Source of the DNA: Octopus vulgaris
Taxonomy: Eukaryota
Direction of reading: 5' to 3'
Length of the DNA stretch: 64,000 nucleotides
Assembly: GCA_951406725.2 (NCBI GenBank)
Contig: OX597827.1
Coordinates: forward strand, 54,994,001-55,058,000
The stretch's first letter is position 1; each line of letters starts with the position of its first letter. Below, piece by piece: positions 39,653-52,880 of this stretch. The position numbers and the translations under genes are program-made. Under the pieces are notes generated by a model, which searched no databases, was not told the origin of the DNA, and saw only the letters and a list, made by a program, of their open reading frames with translations.

Positions 39653-40214
39653 GTATGTATTTCTACATAGAGTGTTCTGTTTTGTATTTCTACATATCTA
39701 GTAACCCATTTATATAAGTAGATGATCCTTGTCCTGTGTCACACAGTGGGACTGAACCTAGAAGCATGTTGTTAAAAAGTGACCTTCTTAGTCATACACC
39801 TATGCCAGTAATCATTCTTACTGTGCACAAAGGCAGCAAGCTGGCAGAATCATTAGCATGCCAGGCAAAATGCTCAGCAGCATTTTGTCCATCTTTATGT
39901 TCTGTGTTCAAATTCCACTGAGGTCATCTTTGCCTTTCATCCTTTCAGGGTTGATAAAGAAAGTACCAGTAGAGTACTGGGGTTGATATAATCAGTTTAC
40001 CCTTCCCTCAAAATTGCTGGCCTTGTGCCAAAATTTGAAGCCAATATTTCTTAGTGTGCACAGGAAACAATTTAGAAATTAAGTATAATTGTAGTTATAT
40101 CAAAAAAAAAAAAAAAGAAGTGATCTTAACTTTGCTTTTCTTTTGGAAAAATTAAAATGCAAAATTAAAACAAATTATTTGTTATGGGTGATGGAACCAG
40201 TATTGGTTCAAAAT

Positions 40215-40480
40215 AGCATTCTGTGTATCTTACTTAACATGGAAAGCCAGAAAACCATACTACAAGTGAATTTTTACCTAGTCTGTTAAGTATTTGTGAT
40301 ACTAATGATTTGTTAATCGCTGTTTTTCTATATATCGGTTGAGGAGGCATGCAGTTGCTAGAGGATGCCTTCTGCTGATGACACTCAGAGAAGCTGAAAT
40401 CTAGATTAAGCAGTTCAACCACTGCCACTAGACTCTTGTCATTTGCTACTGATATACTTCTGTGCTTTGTAGCACAACAA
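40215..40480 (-). pseudogene. Possible highly decayed Tc1/mariner transposase fragment
   Basis: HRSISVANDKSLVAVVELL...INKSLVSQILNRLGK loosely resembles the mariner GRP...V..I.....IS..SV..IL...LG region; weak. Confidence 0.3.
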
Positions 40481-40589
40481 GCATTTTGTCTATACAAGAT
40501 GCTTTCTTGAGACAAATCCTGCAGTTTCCACCCCTTCTTCAGTGTATCTACTTTAAGTAAGTTATATATGGATATATTTGGTGCATCTT

Positions 40590-40969
40590 TCATCTTTTAT
40601 CTGTTACAGTCATTAGGCTATGGCCATGCTGGGGCACTGCCTTGAAGAAGAAATAAACCCCAGTACTTTTTTTTTAAAGCTTGGTACTTATTCTGTCAGT
40701 CTCTTTTCACTAAACTGCTAAATTATAGGAAGGTAAACAAGCCAACACTGGTTGTCAAGTGGTGGTGGGAGACAAACGCATGCACACGCGCACACACACA
40801 CATATACTACGGGCTTCTTTCAGTTTCTGTCTACCAAATCTACTCACAAGGCTTTGGTCGGCCTAAGGCTATAGTAGAAGACATTTGCCCATGATGCCAT
40901 GCAGTGGAAGTGAACCCAGAACCATGTGGTTGGGAAGCAAACTTCTTACCACACAGCCATGCCTGTGCC
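40590..40969 (-). mobile_element. SINE family A
   Basis: Full-length similarity. Confidence 0.88.
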
Positions 40970-41777
40970 TATGAAAAACTATTTTAAAACAAATCATATT
41001 TCATCCAATGAGGAATTAAGGGGTACTAGAAAGCATTTTACATGATTCTGTCTTGAATTATATGTTTTCCATATTGGTTCTCCTTGGCTTATTTCAGCAT
41101 TTAACCATGACCTTACTGCATGTTAGGTCAAAGTTCCCATTGAAGAACATGCATATAAATCACTCTGGTAATGTCTTTTATGCAGTAAAGTTGAAGATGT
41201 TTTCTGGTGGATATAACAATCACTGAAATATATCTACATCATCAACATGTAATAGCATGCTTGTTGTACAGCAGATGTGTAGGAGGCAGTGCACCTCACA
41301 GGGTTCATCATTAGGGTTAGTGGAAGACTTAGCAGCTTGATGGTGTATCCATATTTCTCCTGATCAAATTGCATGCCTTGGTAACTGAATTGGCACCAGC
41401 AGTGGAGCCATTAATAGAACAGTATCTAAGGTCTGTACCACCAGCATCTGGAAGGAAAAAAAATGATTACACAACTTTTCACTGTAATTAACAACGAACT
41501 ATTTGCATTTGTATAAGCAGGTTTTATGATGTTTGGGTTTTGGGAATAAAAAAAAGGGAGGAAATGTTCAGGGAAAATAAGCAGATGAGTGTTCACTGAT
41601 ATTAAATATATCTAAAGAAATGAGGGACTGGCTTTAGAAGACCTAAAAGACATAAACAAGAGAAAAACAACAGATCATTGTTATATACAAAAGAGAATGA
41701 TGACCATTGTCATATTACTCAATTAGTGTTGTGACAACTCTTCTGTCAATCAGCTGGTATTACAGCTTTCATAATAT

Positions 41778-42008
41778 GGCAGCGAGCTGGCAGAAACGTT
41801 AGCACGCCGGGCAAAATGCGTCGCCATATTTCGTCTGCCGTTACGTTCTGAGTTCAAATTCCGCCGAGGTCGACTTTGCCTTTCATCCTTTCGGGGTCGA
41901 TAAATTAAGTACCAGTTACACACTGGGGTCGATGTAATCGACTTAATCCGTTTGCCTGTTCTTGTTTGTCCTCTCTGTGTTTAGCCCCTTGTGGGCAGTA
42001 AAGAAATA
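41778..42008 (+). mobile_element. SINE family B, long tail, 17-bp TSD
   Basis: GGTATTACAGCTTTCAT on both flanks; B-box-like GAGTTCAAATTCC. Confidence 0.93.
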
Positions 42009-42996
42009 GGTATTACAGCTTTCATTGTTTAACCCTACTGTTACCATATTTCTGTTACAATACACAAACTTTGTTCTAATTAATTTTGAAATTGACAAAG
42101 AATTTTAGTAAAATAACTTTGTTGTTATTAAGCTGGTGATTGGAACATAAATTAATAATTTTAATTGGAAGTGTTTTTATTGTAACCTAGAACCCTAGTT
42201 AGTCTCAGGTTAGGTTGGTATCAAAAGGGTTACAAAGCTAAAAGCTGTAATGGAGAGCTAAAACTTGTATAGTACCAGACAGAATACTTTGCAGTTTTAA
42301 TTTTAATCTTTCTAAATTCTGATTTCAAAATACATTGGGGCCAAAGCTACCTTTCATCTTTCAGGGATCAGTCCATTTGACTATATCTTTTGGCTCTGCA
42401 GACGTTTGGCCTTGTGCCAGCATAAGAAGTCATTACTATAATAAACAATTAGCGTTACGGCTGCAGTTGTACTAACCAACTGGTGTCGTGATTACTGTTG
42501 TACTAATTTTGTCATTCCACTACTTTGCTCCTATAGTTAACATTTCTTCATTCTCTATCAACATAGAAACCTCCTGCTATTTATATTCCTGTCAGAAAAC
42601 ATGGCATATGCAACACTAGGATTCCATTTCATGCTCTTTACTACTTAACAACTTTAGTATTATAGTAGTTTGTGGTTTTCTACTTTGCCCCGTTCTCAGT
42701 TAAATGTTTTTCTTTTTCTTTTATCAATGAATATATATATATATATATTTATACACACACACACACCTTCCTCCTATTTCTTCCCTCTTCAACCTTGCAT
42801 TCTTCTTCTTCACCAATTCACTCTTATAATGTAGTGTTCTATTCTTTCGTTCTTTTATTCTTTTACCTGTTTCTGCCATTGTGCTGTAGTCATGCTGGAG
42901 CACCACCTTGGATAATTTAAGTGGATCGAATCAACCCCAGTATTTATTTTTTCCCCTTGCTCTCCTTAGGTTGTTGGTACTTTCAAGGCCTTGAAC

Positions 42997-43401
42997 ATCA
43001 TCATCATCATCATCATCATTTAGCGTCCGTTTTCCATGCTAGCATGGGTTGGACGGTTCAACTGGGGTCTGTGAAGCTGGAAGGCTTCATCAGGCCCAGT
43101 CAGATCTGGCAGTGTTTCTACGGCTGGATGCCCTTCCTAACGCCAACCACTCCATGAGTGTAGTGGGTGCTTTTTACGTGCCACCCGCACAGGTGCCAGA
43201 CAGAGCTGGCAAACGGCCACGAACGGATGGTGCTTTTACATGTCACCAGCACGGGGGCCAGGCGAGGCTGGCAACGGACACGAACGGATGGTGCTTTTAC
43301 GTGCCACCAACACGGGGGCCAGACAGGGCTGGCAAACGGCCATGAAACGGATGGTGCTTTTACGTGTCACCGGCACGGGGGCCAGGCGAGGCTGGCAACG
43401 A
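42997..43401 (-). mobile_element. RTE-type 3' UTR fragment with four internal ~61-63-bp tandem units
   Basis: (CAT)n tail; GGTGCTTTTAC units at about 43166, 43229, 43290 and 43353. Confidence 0.8.
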
Positions 43402-43459
43402 TGTATATAATAAATGATTTCATCTATTTAGCTTTCTCTTTCATCTTCATTCTGTCTTA

Positions 43460-43960
43460 AGTTAGAAGGATTATTTTGAGTTCTGATTTGCATTTTGTTC
43501 ACAATTTTCTCCATTAACTGGATTTTCTTCTCTTCGTCATTTCATGTATTTTATTGATTTGTTCTGTTTCATCCGCTGTACTCACAAGTTTGTTCTACTT
43601 CTATAGTTTGTCCTATACTGTTGGAATTATCTTCTGATTTACCAGAGATAATGTCATTTTCACTGCCTATTTCTCTCCTGATTATTTCAATTTCTATTTC
43701 AAAAAGCCATCTATTTCGCTTTATTTCCAATGCTTGTCCTGCTAGCTTTTATTCAGATAATTCAAAGATTCTGATGCCATTCTGGATACTTTCTTTTCTT
43801 GAAACCTCTTGTTGTCAGATTCCTCAGAATGTAGCATGCCATCACCAGCTGTTTTAGTCCTTTTGTCCAATATGTTCTTTCATTTACTTTAGCATTTGCA
43901 GGATGATGACCATAATGTACCGTTCTTGTCAAGTGGTACACCTTCATTGTTGGTTCCCAT
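43460..43960 (-). mobile_element. Degenerate Dong/R4-type LINE, N-terminal ORF region
   Basis: Minus strand YWTKGLKQLVMACYILRNLTTRGFKKRKY..W, then after a frameshift SE*KLAGQALEIKRNRWLFEIEIEIIRREI, resembling the R4/Dong N-terminal WT..M.CY...RG...EQRL..Q...I..N.WL..E.E.I pattern. Confidence 0.7.
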
Positions 43961-44242
43961 ATTATCTTTGCCATTATTTGAAAAGCTTTCATTTTGCATT
44001 ACACTCTTTTCTTTTAGGTTGCTGCATATATTAACATTGTGCAACCACTGGTGTTTTTATCAAGACACCATCTCTCAAAACTCTGTTGATCAAGGTCTAT
44101 CCTCTGCCAGATGCCAACCCAATATTTCTAGGCCAAAAGAAACTATTATTATTCTGAGTTTCAGTCCCCTATTCTTCAAATGTTGTTTTTCTGAATCAGA
44201 AGCAAATTTTCCCCTTTTTTTTTTTTTTTCCTTTTTCTCTCT

Positions 44243-44518
44243 CTAGTTTCAGCTCAGAGCTGTGGCCATGCTGATGCACCACCATTTTACTACACTGTTA
44301 TTACTAAGAGCCTCCTCTAATATGTGGCACTTGGTGAAGAATGGAGTTTGATATAGCTACCCTCATTTGCACCTCTTGCCGTGAGGTAGGTTCATCTGGG
44401 ACTCTCGACAGGAAGAGATCCAGCTTTGATTTTAAAACCCCAACATCTACTTTGTGCAAGTTCCTCAGACTCTTTAGGAGAATATTAAAAAGCTGTGGGC
44501 CCCTGAAACCCAGGCTGA
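44243..44518 (-). mobile_element. CR1-type LINE 3' end with 3' UTR stem-loop
   Basis: SLGFRGPQLFNILLKSLRNL..VDVGVLKSKLDLFLSRVPDEP is a CR1/L2 C-terminal pattern; tail GGTGCATCAGCATGGCCACAGCTCTGAGCTGAAAC. Confidence 0.85.
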
Positions 44519-45049
44519 AATGAGATTGAATCCCTTCCATTCTATGGGTACTATCATTGCTTTTTCCAGCAAAAGTTTATATCTATAGAAGTGGACTTTT
44601 GCAAAGCTGTAACTTATCAGCCAAGATAATTCAACAAGAGCAAGAGAAAGAGAGAGCATGGTGTTGCGCGTGTGCGTGTGTGTGCGCGTGTGTGTGCGCC
44701 CGCGTGTGTGTGTGTGTTGCTGATCAGAAAAGTGCACTTATATGTGGTATGTTGGTTATTTTGATTATTTTCTAACCAACACAAAATATGACACATTTGC
44801 ACTTTGTGTTTTTCCCTCTTTTCCTTCTTTCTTACTACATGTATTATTTCAATCTTTCTAACATTTCTGGACAGTATAGTTATTCAGTAGTAATAGTAGT
44901 AGTAGTAGTATAGTCCCAGGTCTGCTCCTGTCAAACCGTCCAACCATGTTCCAATCATGACCATCCAGCCATATCTTATCTTTTTATTCTCTTTCATAGT
45001 GTTTCTAGGATAATGATAGTTTTCTTACTCAGTAAATTGCACTATGTAA

Positions 45050-45372
45050 ACGTGTATATGTATGTGTGTGTATGTATATATATATATATGTGTGTGTATG
45101 TGTATATATATATATGTATGTATATGTGTATATATATGTATGTATATGTGTGTATATATATATATATATGTATATGTATATATATATGTGTGTGTGTGTA
45201 TGTATATGTATGTATATATGTATGTATATGTATATATATGTGTGTGTGTATGTATATGTATATATATATATGTATGTAAGTATATATATGTATGTATATA
45301 TATGTATATATACATATACATATATATACACACACATACACACACATGTGCATGCACATTTATATTGTATGT

Positions 45373-45427
<55 letters not shown>

Positions 45428-45467
45428 TGTGTGTATACATGTAGATATATGCATACACATACACACA
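45050..45467. repeat. Compound (TA/TG/CA) microsatellite, about 420 bp
   Basis: Alternating purine-pyrimidine run; source of several spurious YI/CV ORFs. Confidence 0.95.
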
Positions 45468-45894
45468 AAGAAAAATGTCTCCTCAGTGATAAAAAGAAAT
45501 TAATTCCCTCCAGCATCCAGATTAACTGGTTATTTAGGCACCCTTCCACGTGTTGCCACCCACTTCATATTTGTCTATGTGGATTTGGAGAAGGAGATTC
45601 CAGTTTCATTTCTAGATTAAATTACCTTACCCTCTCTCTCTTTCTACAGTTGGTAGGTCTGACCCACTTGCTGCTTCTATCCACTTCTGAGTTGAGATTA
45701 TAGATAACTGGTGAGTGATTGCACCAATGCCACCACCATCACCACCAGCCTTCTTGCTTTCTAAACTATTTGTGTACCTGCAAGTGTGTGTGTGTGTGTG
45801 TGTTAATGAGCTACTTATATTCCTGCTGGACTTTTATTGTTCCATTTTAGTGTTAAAGCATTTAATAGTGTCTCTGTGCAAACATACACATATA

Positions 45895-46057
45895 GGCGCA
45901 GAAGTGGCTCAGTGGTAAGTAGCTTGCTTACCAACCACATGGTTCCGGGTTCATTCCCACTGCGTGACACCTTGGGCAAGTGTCTTCTACTATAGCTTCG
46001 GGCCGACCAAAGCCTTGTGAGTGGATTTGGTAGACGGAAACTGAAAGAAGCCCATCA

Positions 46058-46102
<45 letters not shown>

Positions 46103-46325
46103 ATGTTTGTGTGTCTGTGTTTGTCCCCCCAACATCGCTTGAGAACCAATGCTGGTGTGTTTATGTCCCTGTAACTTAGCGGTTCGGCAAAAGATACCAA
46201 TAGAATAAGAACAAGACTTCAAAGAAAAAAAAAGTACCAGTGTTGATTTCTTTGATGAAAACCCCTCAAGATGGTGCCCCAGCATAACCACAATCCAGTG
46301 ACTTAAACAAGTAAAGTAAAAATAG
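45895..46325 (+). mobile_element. SINE family A
   Basis: Head GGCGCAGAAGTGGCTCAGTGG; full length. Confidence 0.9.
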
Positions 46326-48485
46326 AATAATAATAATAATTCAGGTAAATGACAAACTGTGCCCTTGACCTTTGCTTTCTCCACTGGTGAGATTGGTATG
46401 GTTAATGCTCAGACTGAACAACTGCAGAAAAGGAAGTGGACCTGGTTAATGAAGAATTTGGTAGTGGTTTTGACCATGTAGCATTCACATTACCATCTAA
46501 TGTGATGCTTATTTATTCATCATATTGTTTTGAATTAATGATGCAGCTTTGAGATTTTAGTGATGTGTTTGTTTATTTTTATAATGACATTGTAAGCTAG
46601 GTATGAGAGGCTGGATCTGGCCAGTTTCAAAAGAAAATGGGTAGAATATTTGTGTTGGATATGATCAGTTTAAGTGCCTATGTAATACTTATTTATTCCC
46701 ATTGTTTGGAATTAATCACGCATTATCTTTTAGCTCAGATATTTTGATTATGTGATTGTTTATTTTGAAAATGACAATATAGCATAAGTGCAAGAGGCAG
46801 GATTTGGCCCAGGTAGAATATTTAGGTCTGATATGGTTGGTTTAACCTTGGCCAAAATTTTCCACCTGTTTTATATTCACACTAACTAGATCAGGCTTTT
46901 TACACCTACTCAACACTGTCATTGTGCTAAAGAGTTAAACTAGACAGTGCTTGGTCTAGTTTGCTTGGATTAAGTTTTTTATTGGTTAATAACATCCATC
47001 GTTGATGGGGGCTATAAACTTCAGCAGTGGAGTACTTGGTCACCTTCCCTGTCCAACTTCATGTGAATATCACCATTGATCAGTAGATGACTCACCATTA
47101 TTGCACATCTACCATACATACTACTCCATGTAATTTCACATTGCTCTAGTCCACTCAGCTGGCAAAAATGAGAAGTACCTGTTTTTCAAAGGACCAGCCT
47201 TGTCACATTCTGTGTCGTGCTGAACCTCCCCGAGAGCTACCTTAAGAGTATGCAAGTCTGTGAATTGCTCAACCACTTGCACATTAATTTCATGAGAGCA
47301 GGCTGTTTTGTTGATCAGATCAACTGGAACCCTTGTTATTGTAACTGACACAGTGCCAGTTTTTTTGTTTCTTTTATTTCGTTTCACCTTCTAAGCCAAG
47401 GCTGAATGACTATTAGATATTATTCCATGTCAAAGGGTAACCAGTGTGTTGGTCCAACACAGCTCATTTCCATATTCTGCATATTTAGAAAATGTTCTGT
47501 TTTGTCACCTGGTGAGCCACTGCATAGGAATTTTGTTTTTCAACTTGTATTAGGTCTATCACACACACATATATATATGCATATATACATATTTGTATAT
47601 GCATACATTTATATATATGGATCTAAAAATTATTTCTTTTAGCATATTATATTTTTTAATTATTATTATTTATGGATGACCTCTCTAGGATGCAGATTTC
47701 GAACATTTAATAACATTTTTTTTGCAGACACACTGTTTCAGAGCCTTTCAGGGCTAAATGCACATACACCTGCATTTATATAGAAGATATATATACATGC
47801 ATGTGTGCATGCATGCACACACACAGTGCAGGTGTGGCTGTGTAGTTAAGATGTTTGCTTTCCAACCACACAGTTTTTGTGTTCAATTCCAATACATGGC
47901 ACCTTAAGGCATGTGTCTTCTGCTATAGCTCAGGGTTGACAAAAATTTTGTGAATGAATTTGGTTGATGGTAACTGAAAATAGCCTGTAAATGTGTGTGT
48001 GTGAGCCCTTGTTTTGACATCAGTTGGTTGCTGTAAATAAGTGACACTCATGCAAAACATGTTCTAGCTATGGAAAAATATTACCTTGCCTAGAAACAGA
48101 TGAGGGTTGGCATCTGACCATAGAAAATCTGCTTCAATAAACTCCAACCCAATCAAGCTTGAAAAAGTGAACACTAAAACGATGATGATAACATGTGCAT
48201 ATACATATATATTCATAAACACATACATACATACATACGTAAGCCACATACTGTATATAAATTATGTAAATTCTTGTTATGTCTAGAAATATGAATATGA
48301 TATATTCATTTGCAGTTAGATTTTGTCTGAATTTTAGAAGTTACATGGGTTAGGTTTGAGATGCTTGCTTATATAAAATGTTGTCTAGCTGTGTAAATAT
48401 TTTTTTTCTATTTGCTACAAGGACAACAAAAATTGAGCATTACAATTTCATGCAGAACAATTACAATGTGTTATAAATAATATAT

Positions 48486-48640
48486 AGGTACAGATGTGGC
48501 TGTGTGGTAAGAAGTTTGCTTCCCAACCACATGGTTCCAGGTTCAGTTCCACTTGGACAAGTATCTTCTACTATAGCCTCAGGCTGACCAAGGTCTTGTG
48601 AGTGGATTTGGTAGACAGAAACTGAAAGAAGCCCATCGTA

Positions 48641-48701
<61 letters not shown>

Positions 48702-48920
48702 ATATGTTTGTGTGTCTGTGTTTGTCCCCACAACATCGCTTGACAACCAATGCTGGGTGTGTTTATGTCCCTGTAACTTAGCAGTTCGGCAAAAGGGAAC
48801 GATAGAATAAGTACTGGGCTTACAAAGAATAAGTCCTGGGGTCGATTTGCTCGACTAAAGGCAGCGCTCCAGCATGGCCGCAGTCAAATGACTGAAACAG
48901 GTAAAAGAATAAAAGAAAAG
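48486..48920 (+). mobile_element. SINE family A
   Basis: Full-length similarity. Confidence 0.9.
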
Positions 48921-49120
48921 AATATATAATATATAATATATATATATATATATATATAAAACAACAGTGAGAACTGGTATTTCAATGTGTTTATCATACC
49001 TACAAGTGGTGTATTTTTACATAAGTGAATCTGGCATATGAAGGCAGCTAACATAGCTGCACTCTGGGGGTGTTTATAACTTGGATGCAGGTTTTTAAAT
49101 GTGTAGAATACTACTTAAAT

Positions 49121-49368
49121 CAGTGGTTCTTAACCAGGGTCTATATGGTCCTTGCAGGGCCATACAAGATTTTGTTAAAATTTATCTGTAATAAATACTA
49201 ATACTACTACAATACACAAAATATTTTGATTTTTTTTTTATACAAATCCTAATAATATCCAATTATGAAAAATATGATTTTATTAAACATTGAATGGCTA
49301 TGAGGGTCTGTCTGAGTGAAATGCAAATCAAAGGGGTCCATTGATAAAAAAATGGTTGGGAAACATTG
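49121..49368. mobile_element. hAT-type MITE
   Basis: CAGTGGTTCTTAACC ... GGTTGGGAAACATTG; 8-bp flanks ACTTAAAT/ATTTAAAT. Confidence 0.8.
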
Positions 49369-49474
49369 ATTTAAATGAAGTCATATGTTGAGGTATGTAT
49401 AAGAGTCCTGAGCTGGCTAATGCAAATAGATGTATGTGCACCAGTTGATGTTATGTATGCATAGAATAACTCTC

Positions 49475-49876
49475 TCTTTACTCTTTTACTTGTTTCAGTC
49501 ATTTGACTGCGGCCATGCTGGAGCACCGCCTTTAATCGAGCAACTCGACCCCGGGACTTATTCTTTTGTAAGCCCAGTACTTATTCTATCGGTCTCTTTT
49601 GCCGAACCGCTAAGTGACGGAGACATAAACACACCAGCATCGGTTGTCAAGCAATGCTAGGAGGACAAACACAGACACACAAACACACACATGCATATAT
49701 ATATACATATATACGACAGGCTTCTTTCAGTTTCTGTCTACCAAATCCACTCACAAGGCTTTGGTCAGCCCGAGGCTATAGCAGAAGACACTTGCTCAAG
49801 GTGCCACGCAGTGGGACTGAACCCAGAACCATGTGGTTGGTAAACAAGCTACTTACCACACAGCCACTCCTGCGCC
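49475..49876 (-). mobile_element. SINE family A, young copy close to 1425-1825
   Basis: Shares diagnostic segments GAGCAACTCGACCCCGGG and GCTAAGTGACGG with 1425-1825. Confidence 0.92.
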
Positions 49877-50289
49877 TATATATATATATATATCATCAGT
49901 CCAAACTTGGTATGCATCAAACATGAATATTACTAGAGACTGATGTGTGTAGCATGTATGTATAAAAGCCATTGGAGGTGATCTGGTGTATTGAACAGCA
50001 CCTGTTGAAGATATGCACACAAACACACGAGATAGGAGCATCAGTTAAAAACTGATATGTGCTGAGGTGTGTATATAAGCAGCATCAGTTAAAAACTAGT
50101 GTGTATAGAATGATGTAGAGTGGTTGGTTTCTTCTCACAAGTTCTCTAATCATAGGTGTGAACAAGCTTCCTTCTCTACTTTTAGCACACCAGAAGATAT
50201 TCCTGTCACTGTTACTGCTTATATAGTAGTATTGTTGGTTAGGCATGTTTCCTTTCTGAAGCATCATGGGAACTGAACAGAAATTGCTT

Positions 50290-52880
50290 TTGACTGTTGT
50301 AGGAAAGGAGCCAAAAAATTCAAACTACTCTCTTTATACTCTTTCTACACTGTTTCTCTTTCTCTCACCTTCTCCCCATCCCCCTCCTTATTATCACCTT
50401 CTTCTTTTCTTTCTTTTTGCTTTCTCTTCATTGCTCTCTTTTTTCCCCTCCTAATTCTGCTATTTTGCGTTCCCTTCTCTCATATTTTCAACCTTCCCAC
50501 TCTCACTTATACTCACCCCCATTCACTCACTCACTCACTCACTCACTCATTCACTCAAATTCCTCCCTGTCTCTCACTTTTTTTGCTCATCCTTCTCTCT
50601 AACCTCTCATCTCTCCTCCTCATTTTCTCATTCACTTATACACATTTACTCTCTTCCCTACCACATACGCATTCTTCTTCACCTCCTGTTCACCCTCTTT
50701 CTTCTCTTTCCTTTTGTCTTCATCTTTTCTTATCCTCTCTTCCTTTCTCTCTCTCTATCTCTCTCTCTCACATACACACACTATGTCTCTTGCTTTCTCT
50801 TTTCTCTATTGCTCTCAAACTTCTTTTCTCTTTCTCTCTCTTCCTTATTTCTTCTCTTCTCTATTGCCATCTCTCCTCCCTTTCTCACTCTCTTGTTTTG
50901 ACTCCTTTCCATGATTCTTTTTTTTCCCCCCTTTTTTGTTATCTGTTTCAACCACATTTGTTTCTTTGCTTAATTTCCCTTAATTTCACTGCTGCTATCA
51001 CTTCTCCCTCAAACTTGCTATCTGTCTGTCTCTATAACACCGACTTCCACCAGCATCCCTTCCCTCCTCTCCATCTTAGTAAAGTTGCCCTTCCTCCTTA
51101 TTTTACCTTCCTTAAACTGTTGTGTGTAACCTAGCAGTGAAAAAAAAATCACCACTAACTTCACCAATCCCACCAGTAGCTAAACTATCAACTAGAACAA
51201 CAAGAGTAACAACAGCTACAGACTTAAAAGACACTGTTAGTAGTTTTTTGATTGTTACCACTGTCCATCTACCTATCTATCTATCTATCTATCTATTTAT
51301 CCATCTATCTACCTATCCAGTCTATTACTAGCAGGGCTCTCAGCAGCCACCAAACCCCAGATACATACAGAGAGTGAGTAGGAGAAAGAGGGAGGGAGAG
51401 AGAGAGAGAGAGAACTTGAGTGAAGAAGACCCAACATAAATAAACACTTCCTAAGTGTGTCTCTGGCTGCAGAACACACAATCTTGTGAGGAGGCCTCTG
51501 ATTTTATGCTCCTTGTGTACCTCTAATTTTCTGTTCTTATATTTTGATTTGTGAAGTCCCACCTAAATGCAAACTAAATGCAACACCACTGAATCTAAAA
51601 TGGACTGCCAAGTGGAGAAGGTACATTTATTACATATGGATTTGTACAATTGCTTTGTTTCTGCTTTCAAATCTACCTATACCTGTCAGTGGTACCCTTG
51701 CTATAGGTGACTAGCAACTTTGTGGCTACTCTACCTTTCTTGGATACATATATATACCCCCGAACACTCCTAGCAACTGTTGCATTCTCTGTGTGGTATA
51801 TTTTCAACAATTTTCCTATAGATATATTTACAGAGAAAAAGAAATAAAGAAAATATAAATGAAATAAATAATAAGCAAAAAAAAAAAAGTATAAGATACA
51901 AAACTGTTCCACTACTCCACCAACCCATCCATCCACCCATGTTAAAATGTGGATGAAATCTGGAAGCGGTAATGCTGCTGCTATTATTACCAACCAGTCT
52001 GAGAGGCACTGCTATAAACTTGATACTAACCAAACTTGTTCAGGTTGTATTTCTTCTTCTCAACAGGCAGGAAAATCTATCTGTTGCTCTGTTCTTTTTA
52101 TTTCTAAGTGAAGACCTACTCTGAATTTCTGAGGACTTCGATGTGAGGAAAGCAAGCTGCTTGCTACTATACTATATTTGTTCTTTCTGCTAAAAGCTAC
52201 TTAACTATATTTGCTGTTTCTGCTAAAAAATCACTCACAACGAAGGACATCTTTTCGAAACAGTTTTCCTTGTTTAGTTTCTGTCACAGTCATCTATCTA
52301 CCTCTACTGGTCGATTTCTTCTCGGTTCATGCACCAGACCTCTTAATGAAGCACCTGTTGATTAATCCTACTATTAAAATCTATCCGTTTGGAATTATTT
52401 GATTTACCAAAAAATATCGACTAATATTTAAAAATTCAGCTGTTGCTTTATTTATTATCCAAAAAAAAAAAAAAAAATTGTTTATTGTTTTCAACTTGAT
52501 GTATTGCAACGAAAGAAATTACATTATTTCTGAAATATTGGTGTAAAATTGGATTTTTAACCTTTTCTCTGAGTTATTTTACTAACAAAACTCTTAAAGT
52601 TAGTAAATTCTTTACTGGAACCATAGCAGTGCAGTCAGTAGCAATAATAGCTACAATTCTTAAAAAGGAAGAGAGAGAGAAGAAAATATTTATATTATGA
52701 TTTTTTTTTTTTTTAATGTAAATGACACCTGTTCTTAACAGGTAAAATTTAGGAGAATCACAAAAGTAAAACATGTGTATTCAAGGGTTGGCATATGACA
52801 AGCTTTTACACCTTGTGGTTCATAGACTACAGAAAGGGACAATCAAGACGTAATTTCAAGAATCTACTCTCGGTTCCATA
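50290..52880 (+). promoter_or_regulatory. Candidate internal promoter and 5' leader for the 52881 exon
   Basis: About 2.6 kb with none of the SINE/MITE copies seen elsewhere; about 830-bp C/T tract (50290-51120), (CTAT)n near 51270 and (GA)n at 51380-51412. No transcription start can be fixed from sequence alone. Confidence 0.35.

Noticed and set aside
43165-43401. Regularly spaced repeats resembling a CRISPR array
   Set aside because: Whole units repeat with no unique spacers, inside a eukaryotic retroposon; no cas genes.
45013-45703. Overlapping 88-213 aa ORFs (YIYI/CVCV)
   Set aside because: Translations of a dinucleotide microsatellite.
50583-51134. 183-aa Leu/Ser/Phe-rich ORF resembling a membrane protein
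   Set aside because: Product of the pyrimidine tract, where stop codons are rare; non-ATG start.
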